Below, one piece after another: positions 1-8,872 of a stretch of 64,000 bases of DNA. The first letter of the stretch is position 1. Every line of letters starts with the position of its first letter. The stretch spans positions 1 to 64,000 of the forward strand of contig JALUTT010000132.1 in the NCBI GenBank assembly GCA_027021705.1. The letters run 5' to 3'. This DNA is from Anaerolineae bacterium (GTDB lineage: Bacteria > Chloroflexota > Anaerolineae > S140-20). The position numbers and the translations under genes are program-made. The notes under the pieces were generated by a model. It was not told the DNA's origin. It searched no databases and saw only the letters and a program-made list of their open reading frames with translations.

Positions 1-257
1 GCACCGCCCGTTCACGGCGATGCTGGGCCACGAAGGGCACCAAGGACACAAAGCCCACCAAGGGTGACAAAGAGAAAGCAGCCCTTTGAGCCCTTCGTGC
101 TCGTCGTGCGCTTGGTGATCAGACCACCCAGCACCGCCCGTTTACGGCGATGCTGGGCCACGAAGGGCACCAAGGACACAAAGCCCACCAAGGGTGACGA
201 AGAGAAAACAGCCCTTTGAGCCCTTCGTGCTCGTCGTGCGCTTGGTGATCAGACCCG
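1..257. repeat. Tandem duplication of a 130-bp internally palindromic unit (may extend past the window start)
   Basis: 1-125 and 131-255 differ at only 3 positions (13/143, 69/199, 78/208). Each unit has four CACNAAG nonamers facing four inverted CTTNGTG-type nonamers. Confidence 0.9.
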
Positions 258-275
258 GCACCGCATTCGAGCGGT

Positions 276-1202
276 TCAGATCAGGACGGCGCCGGCCATA
301 GCCAGCAGCAGCCAGGGACGGGCGCGCGCCACGTACCGGGCGCCCCCCTCGGTCTCCAGCCAGGGCCGGCGGAGGAGCTGGGGGACCAGGAGCAGGCCGA
401 GGGCCCCGGCTGCCCAGGGCCGGTGCCCCAGCACCAGGAGGAGCAGGGCCAGCCCCTGCCCGCCCAGCCAGGCCCCCAGCCCCTCATCCCGCCGGGCGAG
501 GCGCAGCCCGCCCTCGTGGGCCAGGGCGAAGGCGAGGGCCAGGCCCGTCGAGAGCAGGAGCCCGCTGCCCGGAACCTCCGGCGCGAGGAGCAGGTGGCCG
601 GCCAGCCAGGCCAGCCCTACCTCGATGACGGCCTGGAACCCCGAAGCTCCCCGGCCATTCCAGTCCACCAGGGCAGCGGCCATCTCGCTGAGGGCCAGGG
701 CAGCTCCCGTCAGCAGCAGGACCCGGCCTCCCAGCACCGCTCCCAGGAGCGGCGTGAGGAGGAGCAGGGCCAGGAGCGTCGCCAGCGCCGTCCCCTGCTG
801 GGGCCAGAGCAGCGTGCTCCCCCAGTGCAGGAGCTGCCCCAGGCGGACCCACAGCCGTCCGGCCGGCGCATCGGGCTGGGTGTAGGGCAGAGGGGGCAGC
901 GGCACGCTCTGGCGCCAGCCCCGCCACCGCTCCAGGAGGGTCGCCCAGTCGGTGGCGGCCAGCAGTGTCCACACCCCCCGCCACCCCACCTCCACCAGGA
1001 AGAGGAGCAAGAGCACCCGGATTCCCCGCTCCCCCCAACCCGATCCGGTGCCTGCTGCACCGAGGGTGGCCGAGGCCACCAGCCCGCAGAGGGCGGCCCA
1101 AGCCGCCATCGGCCAGCCGGCCTGCAGCCGGACCTGCAGGACCACGGGCGGCCCTGAGATGCGCCCTGAGACCTCCGCCTGCCCTCCCTCCGGTTGGGAC
1201 AT
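276..1202 (-). CDS. Hypothetical multi-pass membrane protein
   Basis: 308-aa Leu/Ala/Trp-rich ORF with many hydrophobic segments, GGAGG RBS, directly downstream of prs. Confidence 0.7.
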   Translation of the reverse strand: MSQPEGGQAEVSGRISGPPVVLQVRLQAGWPMAAWAALCGLVASATLGAAGTGSGWGERGIRVLLLLFLVEVGWRGVWTLLAATDWATLLERWRGWRQSVPLPPLPYTQPDAPAGRLWVRLGQLLHWGSTLLWPQQGTALATLLALLLLTPLLGAVLGGRVLLLTGAALALSEMAAALVDWNGRGASGFQAVIEVGLAWLAGHLLLAPEVPGSGLLLSTGLALAFALAHEGGLRLARRDEGLGAWLGGQGLALLLLVLGHRPWAAGALGLLLVPQLLRRPWLETEGGARYVARARPWLLLAMAGAVLI

Positions 1203-1214
1203 CTCCCACCCTCC

Positions 1215-2168
1215 TCACGAGTAGCCGTGGTAGCGGGTGAAGAGCTCGCCCACGGAGCGGCCTTCGTGGACCCGACGGATGACGCCGGCCAGCAGCGGGG
1301 CGACGGAGAGGATGGTCATGTTGGGCAGCCGTTTCTCCGGCGGGATGGGCACCGTGTTGGTCGTGACGATCTCCCGGATGGGGAGGTTGCGCAGCCGGTC
1401 CACGGCCGGCCCCGAGAGGACGGCGTGGCTGAAGCAGAGGTAGATGTCGTGGGCGCCTTCTTCCTTGGCCAGGCGAACGGCGTGGGCCATCGAGCCGGCC
1501 GTGTCCACCTCGTCGTCCACGATGATCACGTCGCAGCCGGCCACATCCCCCACCAGCGTCAGCGCCTCCGTGTGGACGTCTACCCGCCGCTTCTCCACGA
1601 AGGCGATGGGCAGCCCCAGTTCGACGGCGAAGTTGCGGGCCTTCTTGGCGAAGCCCAGATCGGCGGCCACCACGACGGCGTTGGTCAGCTTCTTCTCCTT
1701 GAAGTAATCGCTGAGGATGGGGAAGGCGGTCAGGGCATCGCCGGGGATGTTGAAGAAGCCCTGGATCTGCCCCGCGTGCAGGTCCACGACGATGTAGCGG
1801 TCGGCCCCGGCCACCGTGATCATATCGGCCACCAGCCGGGCGGTGATGGGCACCCGGGGCTGATCCTTCTTGTCCGAGCGGGCGTAGGCCAGGTAGGGGA
1901 TCACCGCCGTGATCCGTCCGGCCGAGGCCCGTTTCAGCGTGTCCAGCGTGATCAGCAACTCCATCAGGTTGTAGTTCACCGGGGAGGAGGTGGTCTGGAT
2001 CACGAAGACATCCTGGCCCCGCACGCTCTCGTGGAGCCGGACGAAGATGTTCTCGTTGGGGAACTGGATGATGTCCCGGCCACTCAGCGGAACTTCTAGC
2101 AGGCGGCTGATCTCTTCCGCCAGGTCTGGGCAGCCGGTACCGCTGAAGAGCTTGATCCGGCCATACAT
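1215..2168 (-). CDS. prs: Ribose-phosphate pyrophosphokinase
   Basis: Motifs FPNENIFV, AVIPYLAYARSDKK, VDLHAGQIQGFF and PRPP-binding IIVDDEVDTAGS. Confidence 0.97.
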   Translation of the reverse strand: MYGRIKLFSGTGCPDLAEEISRLLEVPLSGRDIIQFPNENIFVRLHESVRGQDVFVIQTTSSPVNYNLMELLITLDTLKRASAGRITAVIPYLAYARSDKKDQPRVPITARLVADMITVAGADRYIVVDLHAGQIQGFFNIPGDALTAFPILSDYFKEKKLTNAVVVAADLGFAKKARNFAVELGLPIAFVEKRRVDVHTEALTLVGDVAGCDVIIVDDEVDTAGSMAHAVRLAKEEGAHDIYLCFSHAVLSGPAVDRLRNLPIREIVTTNTVPIPPEKRLPNMTILSVAPLLAGVIRRVHEGRSVGELFTRYHGYS

Positions 2169-2184
2169 AGACGCTTCTCCGAGA

Positions 2185-2248
2185 GGTTGGCAGGTTGACG
2201 GGTCGGTGTGTTGCTGGGTTGACGGGTCAATGGGTCAGCGGGTCAACC
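2185..2248. repeat. Degenerate 8-bp tandem repeat (GGTYRNNN x8)
   Basis: ggttggca ggttgacg ggtcggtg tgttgctg ggttgacg ggtcaatg ggtcagcg ggtcaacc. Confidence 0.7.
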
Positions 2249-2283
2249 AGGGAACGTGGGACAAAGCCGTTCGTCCCCAGTTC

Positions 2284-2904
2284 TCACCGATGGTGGTCCA
2301 GATGGCAGCGGTCGTTCAGCGAGAGGATGTGGGGACGGCCATCCTCCATCTGCACGATGCTCAGCGAGGCGTTGCCCACCAGGAAGGGGACCCTCCGCCG
2401 GGGATCTAGGCCGAGCAGCCGGATCAGATAGGCATTGATGGCCCCTCCGTGAGAGACGATGAGCACATCCTCGTCGGGGTGGTGTCCGACGATCTCGGTA
2501 ATGGCCTCCCACACCCGGTCGGCGAAGGCTTCGCGGTCCTCCCCGCCGGGGATGGGGGGGCGGCGCTGCTCGGCAATGGCCTGGGCATACTCCGGGAAGC
2601 GGGCAACGACCTCGTCCCAGGTCAGTCCGGTCAGCGCCCCCAGGTGGATCTCCTTCAGCCGTTCATCGGTGATGAGGGGGAGCTCCAGCCTCTGGGCCAG
2701 GACCTGGGCCGTATCGTAGGCCCGGCTCAAGGGGCTGGTGTAGATGGCGGTGATCCGGCCCTCGTAGTGCTCCAGCCGCCGGGCCAGGAGGCGGGCCTGC
2801 TCTCGCCCCCGTTCGGTCAGCCGGGTGTCCAGCCAGCCCTGGAGGCGACGGGCCGCGTTGCCCTCCGATTCGCCGTGACGGACCAGGAGGAGGCGGGTTT
2901 TCAC
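2284..2904 (-). CDS. Histidine phosphatase (phosphoglycerate mutase-like) family protein
   Basis: LLLVRHGES, YTSPLSRA and IVSHGG motifs. GTG start at 2904 overlaps the upstream stop (GTGA). Confidence 0.92.
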   Translation of the reverse strand: MKTRLLLVRHGESEGNAARRLQGWLDTRLTERGREQARLLARRLEHYEGRITAIYTSPLSRAYDTAQVLAQRLELPLITDERLKEIHLGALTGLTWDEVVARFPEYAQAIAEQRRPPIPGGEDREAFADRVWEAITEIVGHHPDEDVLIVSHGGAINAYLIRLLGLDPRRRVPFLVGNASLSIVQMEDGRPHILSLNDRCHLDHHR

Positions 2905-3524
2905 GCGACGCTCTCTCCCTGGACCCAGCCCTGATCGGGACGGTAGAAGCGAACCTGACCGGTGTGCAGGTCGTAGACCCAACCGTGGATCTCCAGTTCG
3001 TCGGCGTCTAACGCCCGACGGACGGCGGGATAGCTCTGCAGGTGCTCCAGTTGCAGCAGGACGTTGGCCTCGACCAGGGCGCGCAGGTGGGCATCGCCGG
3101 TCAGCCCCTGGCCCTCCACCCGCTCCAGGGCCGGTCGGGCGAAGGCGAGCCAGCGGGCGATGTGGGGCTCGCGCTCCGGGTCCACGCCGGCGGCCAGCGC
3201 CTGCATCCCGCCACAGCCATCGTGGCCCAGGACGACGATGTGGCCCACGTGCAGGTGCTCGACGGCGTACTCAAGGACCGCGCCCACGGCGGCGTCGGCG
3301 GCATCGGCCGGCGGGACGATGTTGGCGATCACCCGGCTGACGAAGAGGTCGCCGGGGCGCGCGCCGGTGATCTGCTCCGGGATCACCCGAGAGTCGCTGC
3401 AACCGATGATCAGGGCAGAGGGGAACTGGCCCTTCTGGGCCAGGGCTTCCATCAGGTCGCGCTCTCGCTCGAAGAAATCGCTCCGAAAGCGCTGGGCTCC
3501 CTCAACAAATCGCTGGAAGGTCAT
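2901..3524 (-). CDS. Beta-class carbonic anhydrase
   Basis: GCSDSRV, GDLFVSRVIAN, LEYAV, GHDGCGG and IHGWVYD motifs. Start set at MTFQRF. Confidence 0.95.
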   Translation of the reverse strand: MTFQRFVEGAQRFRSDFFERERDLMEALAQKGQFPSALIIGCSDSRVIPEQITGARPGDLFVSRVIANIVPPADAADAAVGAVLEYAVEHLHVGHIVVLGHDGCGGMQALAAGVDPEREPHIARWLAFARPALERVEGQGLTGDAHLRALVEANVLLQLEHLQSYPAVRRALDADELEIHGWVYDLHTGQVRFYRPDQGWVQGESVA

Positions 3525-3602
3525 CGTCCTTTCGTCCTCTCCTCGGGTTGTGCTCGTCTCGCGGTTCAGCAGGGCGGTCCGCCGGTCGCCCTGGTGCAAG
3601 CG

Positions 3603-4514
3603 CTAACCACGGCGGCCGGCCGCCCACAGCCCGCCGCCAACGATGAGGGCGCCGCCCAGCCAGTGGGCCGGTCCGATGGGCTCCTGGAGGAAGAGGTGCC
3701 CCAGCAGCGCCCCGTAGAGGGGCAGGGTGTTGTAGAAGACCATCGCACCGCTCGGCCCCAGCCGTCGCACCCCCTCGTTCCACGACAGGAACCCGACGAC
3801 GGTGGGAGCGATGCCGATGTAGAGCATCGCCAGCACCACCTCGGGACGCCCCTGGAGGGGGAAGCTCCGGCTCTCCCAGACCGCAGCCAGGAGAAGGAGG
3901 GGGAGCCCCAGGAAGGCGGAGAAGGCGGTGGCGGAGAGGGCGGAGCGGCGGCGCATCACCTGACGGCCCAGCACCGAGTAGAGCCCCCACAGCGTCACCG
4001 CGCCCAGGATGATCAGGTCGCCCAGGCTCCCCTGCAACGATCGCCAGAAAGCGGGGTTGCCCCCGGAGATGATGACGACCACGCCGGTCAGCCCCACGAT
4101 GGCCCCCACGACCTGGGACCGGGACATCGGCTCGCCGATGAGGAGGGCGGCCAGCAGGCCCGTGATCAGGGGGCCGAGGCCGTTGATCAGCGTGGCGTTG
4201 ACGGCGGTGGTGTAGCGCAGTCCCAGGTAGAGGGTGGGGGCGAAGATGGCCACGCCGCTCAGGGCCATGCCCAGCAGCAGCCATCGGTCCGATCCCAGGC
4301 GGCGCTCGGCAGCCGGTCGGTGCTGCAACAGCGCGGCGAAGAGGGCGGAGGCGATGAGGAAACGGACCGCCGCCAGCGTGATCGGCCCCACGCTCCCCCG
4401 CAGCCACCGTCCCAGGGTCATGTTCGTGGCCCAGGTCAGGGTGGCCAGGTTCACCAGACCGGTGCCGATAAGCCAACTCCATCGGCGCTCCCGCTGCCCC
4501 ACGGTCAGTGTCAT
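3603..4514 (-). CDS. DMT/EamA family transporter
   Basis: About 10 TM segments, two EamA-like halves (WATN...GPITLAAVRF; GDLIILGAVTLWGLYSV). Confidence 0.92.
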   Translation of the reverse strand: MTLTVGQRERRWSWLIGTGLVNLATLTWATNMTLGRWLRGSVGPITLAAVRFLIASALFAALLQHRPAAERRLGSDRWLLLGMALSGVAIFAPTLYLGLRYTTAVNATLINGLGPLITGLLAALLIGEPMSRSQVVGAIVGLTGVVVIISGGNPAFWRSLQGSLGDLIILGAVTLWGLYSVLGRQVMRRRSALSATAFSAFLGLPLLLLAAVWESRSFPLQGRPEVVLAMLYIGIAPTVVGFLSWNEGVRRLGPSGAMVFYNTLPLYGALLGHLFLQEPIGPAHWLGGALIVGGGLWAAGRRG

Positions 4515-4705
4515 CGGCTCTGCAGCTCCTGAGCGTGGAATGGCGGTTCTGAGGTCAGCCGCGTCAGGTCATCGGTGGTCTGACGTTGCAGGAACTCCGC
4601 CCGGTCCTCACCCTGGATGCGCAGGTAGCCAGCGTCAGGGCGGAGCGAGAAGACGGCACGGTCGTAGGTTGCATCATCGTCGGAGAGGGGAGGTGGATTG
4701 GCCAT
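4511..4705 (-). pseudogene. Truncated YgfZ/GcvT-like (folate-binding) N-terminal fragment, 64 aa
   Basis: GYLRIQGEDRAEFLQRQTTDDL resembles the GcvT/YgfZ N-terminus. AAGGAGG RBS; its stop overlaps the EamA start. Confidence 0.6.
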
Positions 4706-4851
4706 GGGCCTCCTTGTTAACCGGGAAAAAGCCGGGCACCCTCTCTCTGAAGCTCTGGGGGGTCGGGGCAGCCTCCCGGACCGCCCCTCGCGCCGCAGCC
4801 GCTTCCTCTGTGCCCGGCACCTGCTGTGAGCCGACTGCCCTTTGCGAGGAG

Positions 4852-4880
4852 ATTGTACCTCTGTCGGCCCCGCTTGTCAA
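4852..4880 (-). promoter_or_regulatory. Sigma70-type promoter for the fragment-EamA-carbonic anhydrase operon
   Basis: TTGACA-17 bp-TACAAT on the minus strand. Confidence 0.8.
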
Positions 4881-4971
4881 CCGGGGTACAGGTTGCCTTT
4901 TTCCGCTTTCGATGTTACCATACGGCGGGTTTCGGAAGAGGTTTCCCGTTCCCGGAGGCCGGAGGAGCCCG

Positions 4972-5448
4972 ATGATCCGTGTTCTCTTCGTCTGTCTTGG
5001 CAACATCTGTCGTTCCCCGATGGCAGAGGCCGTCTTCCGCCATCTGGTCGAAGAGGTGGGGCTGGCCCATCGGTTCGAGGTGGATTCCGCCGGCACGTCG
5101 GGTTGGCACGTGGGGGAGCCGCCCTGTGGAGGCACCCTGCGGGTTCTGCGCCGGGAGGGCATCGCCTTGGGCCGCAAACTGGCCCGCCAGGTCAGCTCCC
5201 TGGAGCTGGACCAGTGGGATTACGTCATCGCGATGGACCGGGAGAACCTGGCCGCCCTCCGCCGCCTGGACCGACGGGGAGCCTCGACCACCCGCTATCA
5301 CCTCCTGATGGAATTCGCCCCCGACCTGGGCTACCGGGACGTGCCCGATCCCTACTACGAGGGCAACTTTGACCTGGTCTACCGGCTCGTAAGGGCCGGC
5401 TGCGAAGGGCTGCTGGAGCACATCCGCCGTCAGGAAGGGCTGGCCTGA
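4972..5448 (+). CDS. Low-molecular-weight protein tyrosine phosphatase
   Basis: VLFVCLGNICRSPMAE P-loop, DSAGT and DVPDPYY. GGAGG RBS. Confidence 0.96.
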   Translation: MIRVLFVCLGNICRSPMAEAVFRHLVEEVGLAHRFEVDSAGTSGWHVGEPPCGGTLRVLRREGIALGRKLARQVSSLELDQWDYVIAMDRENLAALRRLDRRGASTTRYHLLMEFAPDLGYRDVPDPYYEGNFDLVYRLVRAGCEGLLEHIRRQEGLA

Positions 5449-5454
5449 TCTGAG

Positions 5455-6240
5455 ATGTCCTCTCCCGCCTCCAGTCGTACCTACTACAGCCAGGTGGCTG
5501 AGCGCTACGATGCCCACCCTTATCGGCGTAAGGACCCTGACCCCTATCTGGCCGACTTCCTGGCGAAGATGCCCGGTGGCTGGGTGCTGGACCTGGCCTG
5601 TGGGACCGGCAGCCAGCTTCTGGCCAACGGACGGCGCTGGCCGGGGCTGAAGATGGTGGGCCTCGACCTCTCGGCGGCCATGCTTCGTCAGGCTCGGCAC
5701 AAGGCCCCATCCCTCTCCCTCGTGCAGGGTGATGCCCTCCGCCTCCCCTTTCCCGATGCCACCTTTGGGTACGTGAGCCTCCAGTTCGCCGATCACCACA
5801 TCGCCGATCGGGATGGCCTCTTCGGGGAGATCTGGCGCGTCCTGCGTCCTAGAGGGTGGTTGGTGCTGGTCAACGTGGATCCCTGGGGGATGGCGGACTC
5901 CTGGCTCTACCGCTATTTCCCGGAAGCTTGGGAACTGGACCGACGTCGCTTCCTCCCGGTCAGGCGGCTGGTGCGCTGCCTGGAGGCGCTGGGGTTCACG
6001 ATCCGGCTGGAGCGTCAAAAGGGAAGGTCCGTCCTTTCGCTGGCCCAGGTCTACGCTCAGGCGCAGGATCGGGCCACCTGCTCCAACCTGGGGCTCCTGC
6101 CGGAGGAGGCCTGGCGGGCCGGCTTGGCCCGCATCGAAGCGGAGATGGCCCGTCGTGGGGCCGAGGTGCCCGTCCCTGCCCCCTTTGCCCTTCTCCACCT
6201 GGTTGCTGTGAAGGCTGACCAGGCGGGGGTAAGGCGTTGA
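5455..6240 (+). CDS. Class I SAM-dependent methyltransferase
   Basis: VLDLACGTG, GLDLSAAML and GDALRLPFPDATF motifs. Confidence 0.9.
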   Translation: MSSPASSRTYYSQVAERYDAHPYRRKDPDPYLADFLAKMPGGWVLDLACGTGSQLLANGRRWPGLKMVGLDLSAAMLRQARHKAPSLSLVQGDALRLPFPDATFGYVSLQFADHHIADRDGLFGEIWRVLRPRGWLVLVNVDPWGMADSWLYRYFPEAWELDRRRFLPVRRLVRCLEALGFTIRLERQKGRSVLSLAQVYAQAQDRATCSNLGLLPEEAWRAGLARIEAEMARRGAEVPVPAPFALLHLVAVKADQAGVRR

Positions 6241-6300
6241 GAAGCCCTGCCAGGAATGGACCCCCGGTGATTACCCATATCTTTGGAGATAGGGAGACGA

Positions 6301-6377
6301 GCCGTCCACGAATGGGGCACGGATACACAAATTAAGGACCGCCTCATTCGTGCATTTGTGAGAAATTCGTGGACGGC
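6301..6377. repeat. Intergenic palindrome (REP-like)
   Basis: Perfect 13-bp inverted repeat GCCGTCCACGAAT (6301-6313) / ATTCGTGGACGGC (6365-6377) with internal CACRRAT repeats. Confidence 0.7.
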
Positions 6378-6431
6378 CCGCTACGGACCGCTCTCTCGTT
6401 CACTTGTGGGTAATCACCAGATGGACCCCTC

Positions 6432-6460
6432 TTGCCCTTTGGGGCGGCTCCGGGTACAAT
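6432..6460 (+). promoter_or_regulatory. Putative sigma70 promoter of the histidine kinase
   Basis: TTGCCC-17 bp-TACAAT. Confidence 0.55.
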
Positions 6461-6538
6461 ACGGGTGTACAGATTTTCCCAAGCCCATTATCCCAAATAA
6501 CCCAAATCCAATTTGGGATATTCTGTGCAAGGAGGCCT

Positions 6539-8863
6539 ATGTTCCACCTACAGATGCCCGTCATTGCAGCCCTGGCGACGATGGCCGGCTACGGCGTTCT
6601 GTTGATCTTGGCGCTGCGCCGACGCCCTCATCGCTCTCAGACCGAGCGCCTTGTGCTTTTTTATTTGGGGCTCTCGGCCTTCTGGACCCTGGCCCTGGCG
6701 ATCCAGGTCTGGCAGGGACTACAGCCCTGGTTTGTGGCCCTTTGGGACTGGGTTGCCTGGCTTGGTCCGGTTGCTCTCTCCGTCCTTCTGGCCATTCTTG
6801 CCCTGGAAGCGTTCATCTATCCCGGCGGGCGCTGGGTGGGTGCTCTGGGAGCGGGTTGCCTCCTTGTCCTCCTCATCCTGGCTCGACGGCTGGGTGACGT
6901 CAACGCCCAGGAGATCATCGTCCTGCGGGTGGGGGCCTGGACCGGTTTCACGGGGGGGGCCCTGGCAGTGGTCCTGCTGAATTACACACGCCTCACCCGC
7001 CCGCTCTACCGCAACCGAGCCCTTTACTGGCTCATCGCCCTCTCGCTGGTGGCCATCGGGGAGGCCCTTATCCCCGCCGCCGGGTTGGTCCTGCCCGTTC
7101 GCCAGTTGGGGTTGCCGGCCCGCCTGATTGGGGTGGGGCTTCTCACCTATGCCGTCTTCCGCTACAGCCTTCCCGACGTGAAGCGGCTGGTCCGCCAGGC
7201 GGTAGCGACCGGCGTGGTGGGGGTGATCGCTTTCGCCCTCTACCTGGTGGCGATGCAGATCAGCCTGACCATCTACCAGATGCTGGCCTGGACGCCGCTC
7301 CCCTTCGCCCAGCGCCAGTTCTTGGGCGCGTTGGCCGCCATCTTCGTCGCCTTCCTCCTGATGGTCGTCCACGCGCCCCTCAACCGGGCCGTCCGGGCCG
7401 GCCTGGGGCGGCTCTTGATCGGGGAAGGGTACAATCCTGCCCAGGCCGTGCGCACTTACAGCCAGCGGGTCAGCAACATCGTCCACCTGGAGCGGCTGGC
7501 CGAAACGGCCGTCAAGACCATTAGCGAGGTGCTGGGGGTCCGGCGGGGAGCGCTCCTGTTGGTCAACGAACGGGAGAGCGGGGGCGCCGAGGTCCGGGTG
7601 GTGCCTGGGATGGGGGAGGTGGAGGTGAGGGAAGCCCATTTCAGCCCCCGCAGCCCGGTCCTGGAGAGCCTGAAAGCGGGGCAGCCGGTCACCCAGTACG
7701 ACATTGACATGCACCCGCGCTTTCGGGGGGTGAAGCCGTCGGAGCGAAAGTGGCAGTGGGACCTGGATATGGAGGTCTGGGTGCCCATCCACGCCCGACG
7801 CACGCTCATCGGCATCCTGGCCCTGGGGGCCAAGGGGTCCGGGGAGCCGTACACCGGTCAGGACCTGGAACTGCTGGTGGCGATGGCGGGCCAGACGGCG
7901 GTGGCCTTGGAGAACGCTCGCCTCTTCGAAGACCTGCAGCAGAAGCACCAAGAGATCAGCCAGCTCAACGAGAACCTGCGCCAGGCTTACCAGCAGCTTC
8001 AGAAGTTGGACAAGGCGAAGAGCGATTTCATCAACATCGCCTCTCACGAATTGCGCACCCCGCTGACCCAGGTGCGGGGCTACGCCGACATCTTGGCCGA
8101 TATGGTCCAGGCCGGCGACGTCAACCAGACCTACCTGCTGAAGACCACCGGGGGCATCCGCAAAGCCACCGACCGGCTGGAACGGATCATCTCGGCGATG
8201 CTGGACGTTTCGGAGATCGGTGCCGATGCTCTGCGGCTGGTGCGCACGGAGGTCCGCCTCGCGACAGTGGTGAAGATGGCTGCCGACATCTGGAAGGAGG
8301 CCCTGAAGCAGCGTCAACAGCACCTAGCCATCGTCGGATTGGACGAACTGCCGCCCATCCAGGCCGACCAGCAGCGGCTGGTCCAGGCCTTCAGCCACCT
8401 GATCAACAACGCCATCAAGTACACGCCTGACGGAGGGCGGATTGAGATTCGGGGACGGCTGGTGGATGAAGATGAGGGGATTGTGCACGTCGTCGTAGCC
8501 GATACGGGCATCGGCATTGACCCAGAGGATCAGGAGTTGATCTTCGAGCAGTTCTATCGGGTGGGGAGCGCGGACCTTCACTCCACAGGGACGGTTAAGT
8601 TCAAGGGGGCCGGTCCAGGGCTGGGCTTGCCCATCGCCAAGGGGGTCATCGAGGCCCACGGGGGGTACATCTGGGTGGAAAGCGAGGGGTACGATGAGGT
8701 GCGCTGTCCGGGCAGTAGTTTCCACATCCTGCTGCCCCTGTCCGGAGAGCCTATCTCCCGGCAGAGCCTGGACCGGCTGACGAAGACGCGCCCGATGGGC
8801 GAACTGGGAGAGCCCTTTCCCTCCCAGGGGGCCGTCCGACGCCAGTCGGTTATCGTCCAGTAG
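6539..8863 (+). CDS. Membrane-bound GAF-domain sensor histidine kinase
   Basis: N-terminal TM bundle, GAF region, H-box ASHELRTPLT, N-box LINNAIKYT, DTGIGI and GPGLGL. AAGGAGG RBS before ATG 6539. Confidence 0.95.
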   Translation: MFHLQMPVIAALATMAGYGVLLILALRRRPHRSQTERLVLFYLGLSAFWTLALAIQVWQGLQPWFVALWDWVAWLGPVALSVLLAILALEAFIYPGGRWVGALGAGCLLVLLILARRLGDVNAQEIIVLRVGAWTGFTGGALAVVLLNYTRLTRPLYRNRALYWLIALSLVAIGEALIPAAGLVLPVRQLGLPARLIGVGLLTYAVFRYSLPDVKRLVRQAVATGVVGVIAFALYLVAMQISLTIYQMLAWTPLPFAQRQFLGALAAIFVAFLLMVVHAPLNRAVRAGLGRLLIGEGYNPAQAVRTYSQRVSNIVHLERLAETAVKTISEVLGVRRGALLLVNERESGGAEVRVVPGMGEVEVREAHFSPRSPVLESLKAGQPVTQYDIDMHPRFRGVKPSERKWQWDLDMEVWVPIHARRTLIGILALGAKGSGEPYTGQDLELLVAMAGQTAVALENARLFEDLQQKHQEISQLNENLRQAYQQLQKLDKAKSDFINIASHELRTPLTQVRGYADILADMVQAGDVNQTYLLKTTGGIRKATDRLERIISAMLDVSEIGADALRLVRTEVRLATVVKMAADIWKEALKQRQQHLAIVGLDELPPIQADQQRLVQAFSHLINNAIKYTPDGGRIEIRGRLVDEDEGIVHVVVADTGIGIDPEDQELIFEQFYRVGSADLHSTGTVKFKGAGPGLGLPIAKGVIEAHGGYIWVESEGYDEVRCPGSSFHILLPLSGEPISRQSLDRLTKTRPMGELGEPFPSQGAVRRQSVIVQ

Positions 8864-8872
8864 CCCTGGTCG

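Noticed and set aside
1..257. Possible CRISPR array
   Set aside because: The whole 130-bp unit is duplicated, there are no unique spacers, and no cas genes are in the window.
4720..4740. CGGGAAAAAGCCGGG resembling the ykkC/guanidine-I 3' end
   Set aside because: Wrong strand for the adjacent gene, and the conserved 5' half is missing.
6283..6538. Upstream ORF or extended kinase N-terminus
   Set aside because: The region holds a palindrome, promoter and RBS; ATG 6539 with AAGGAGG is the better start.
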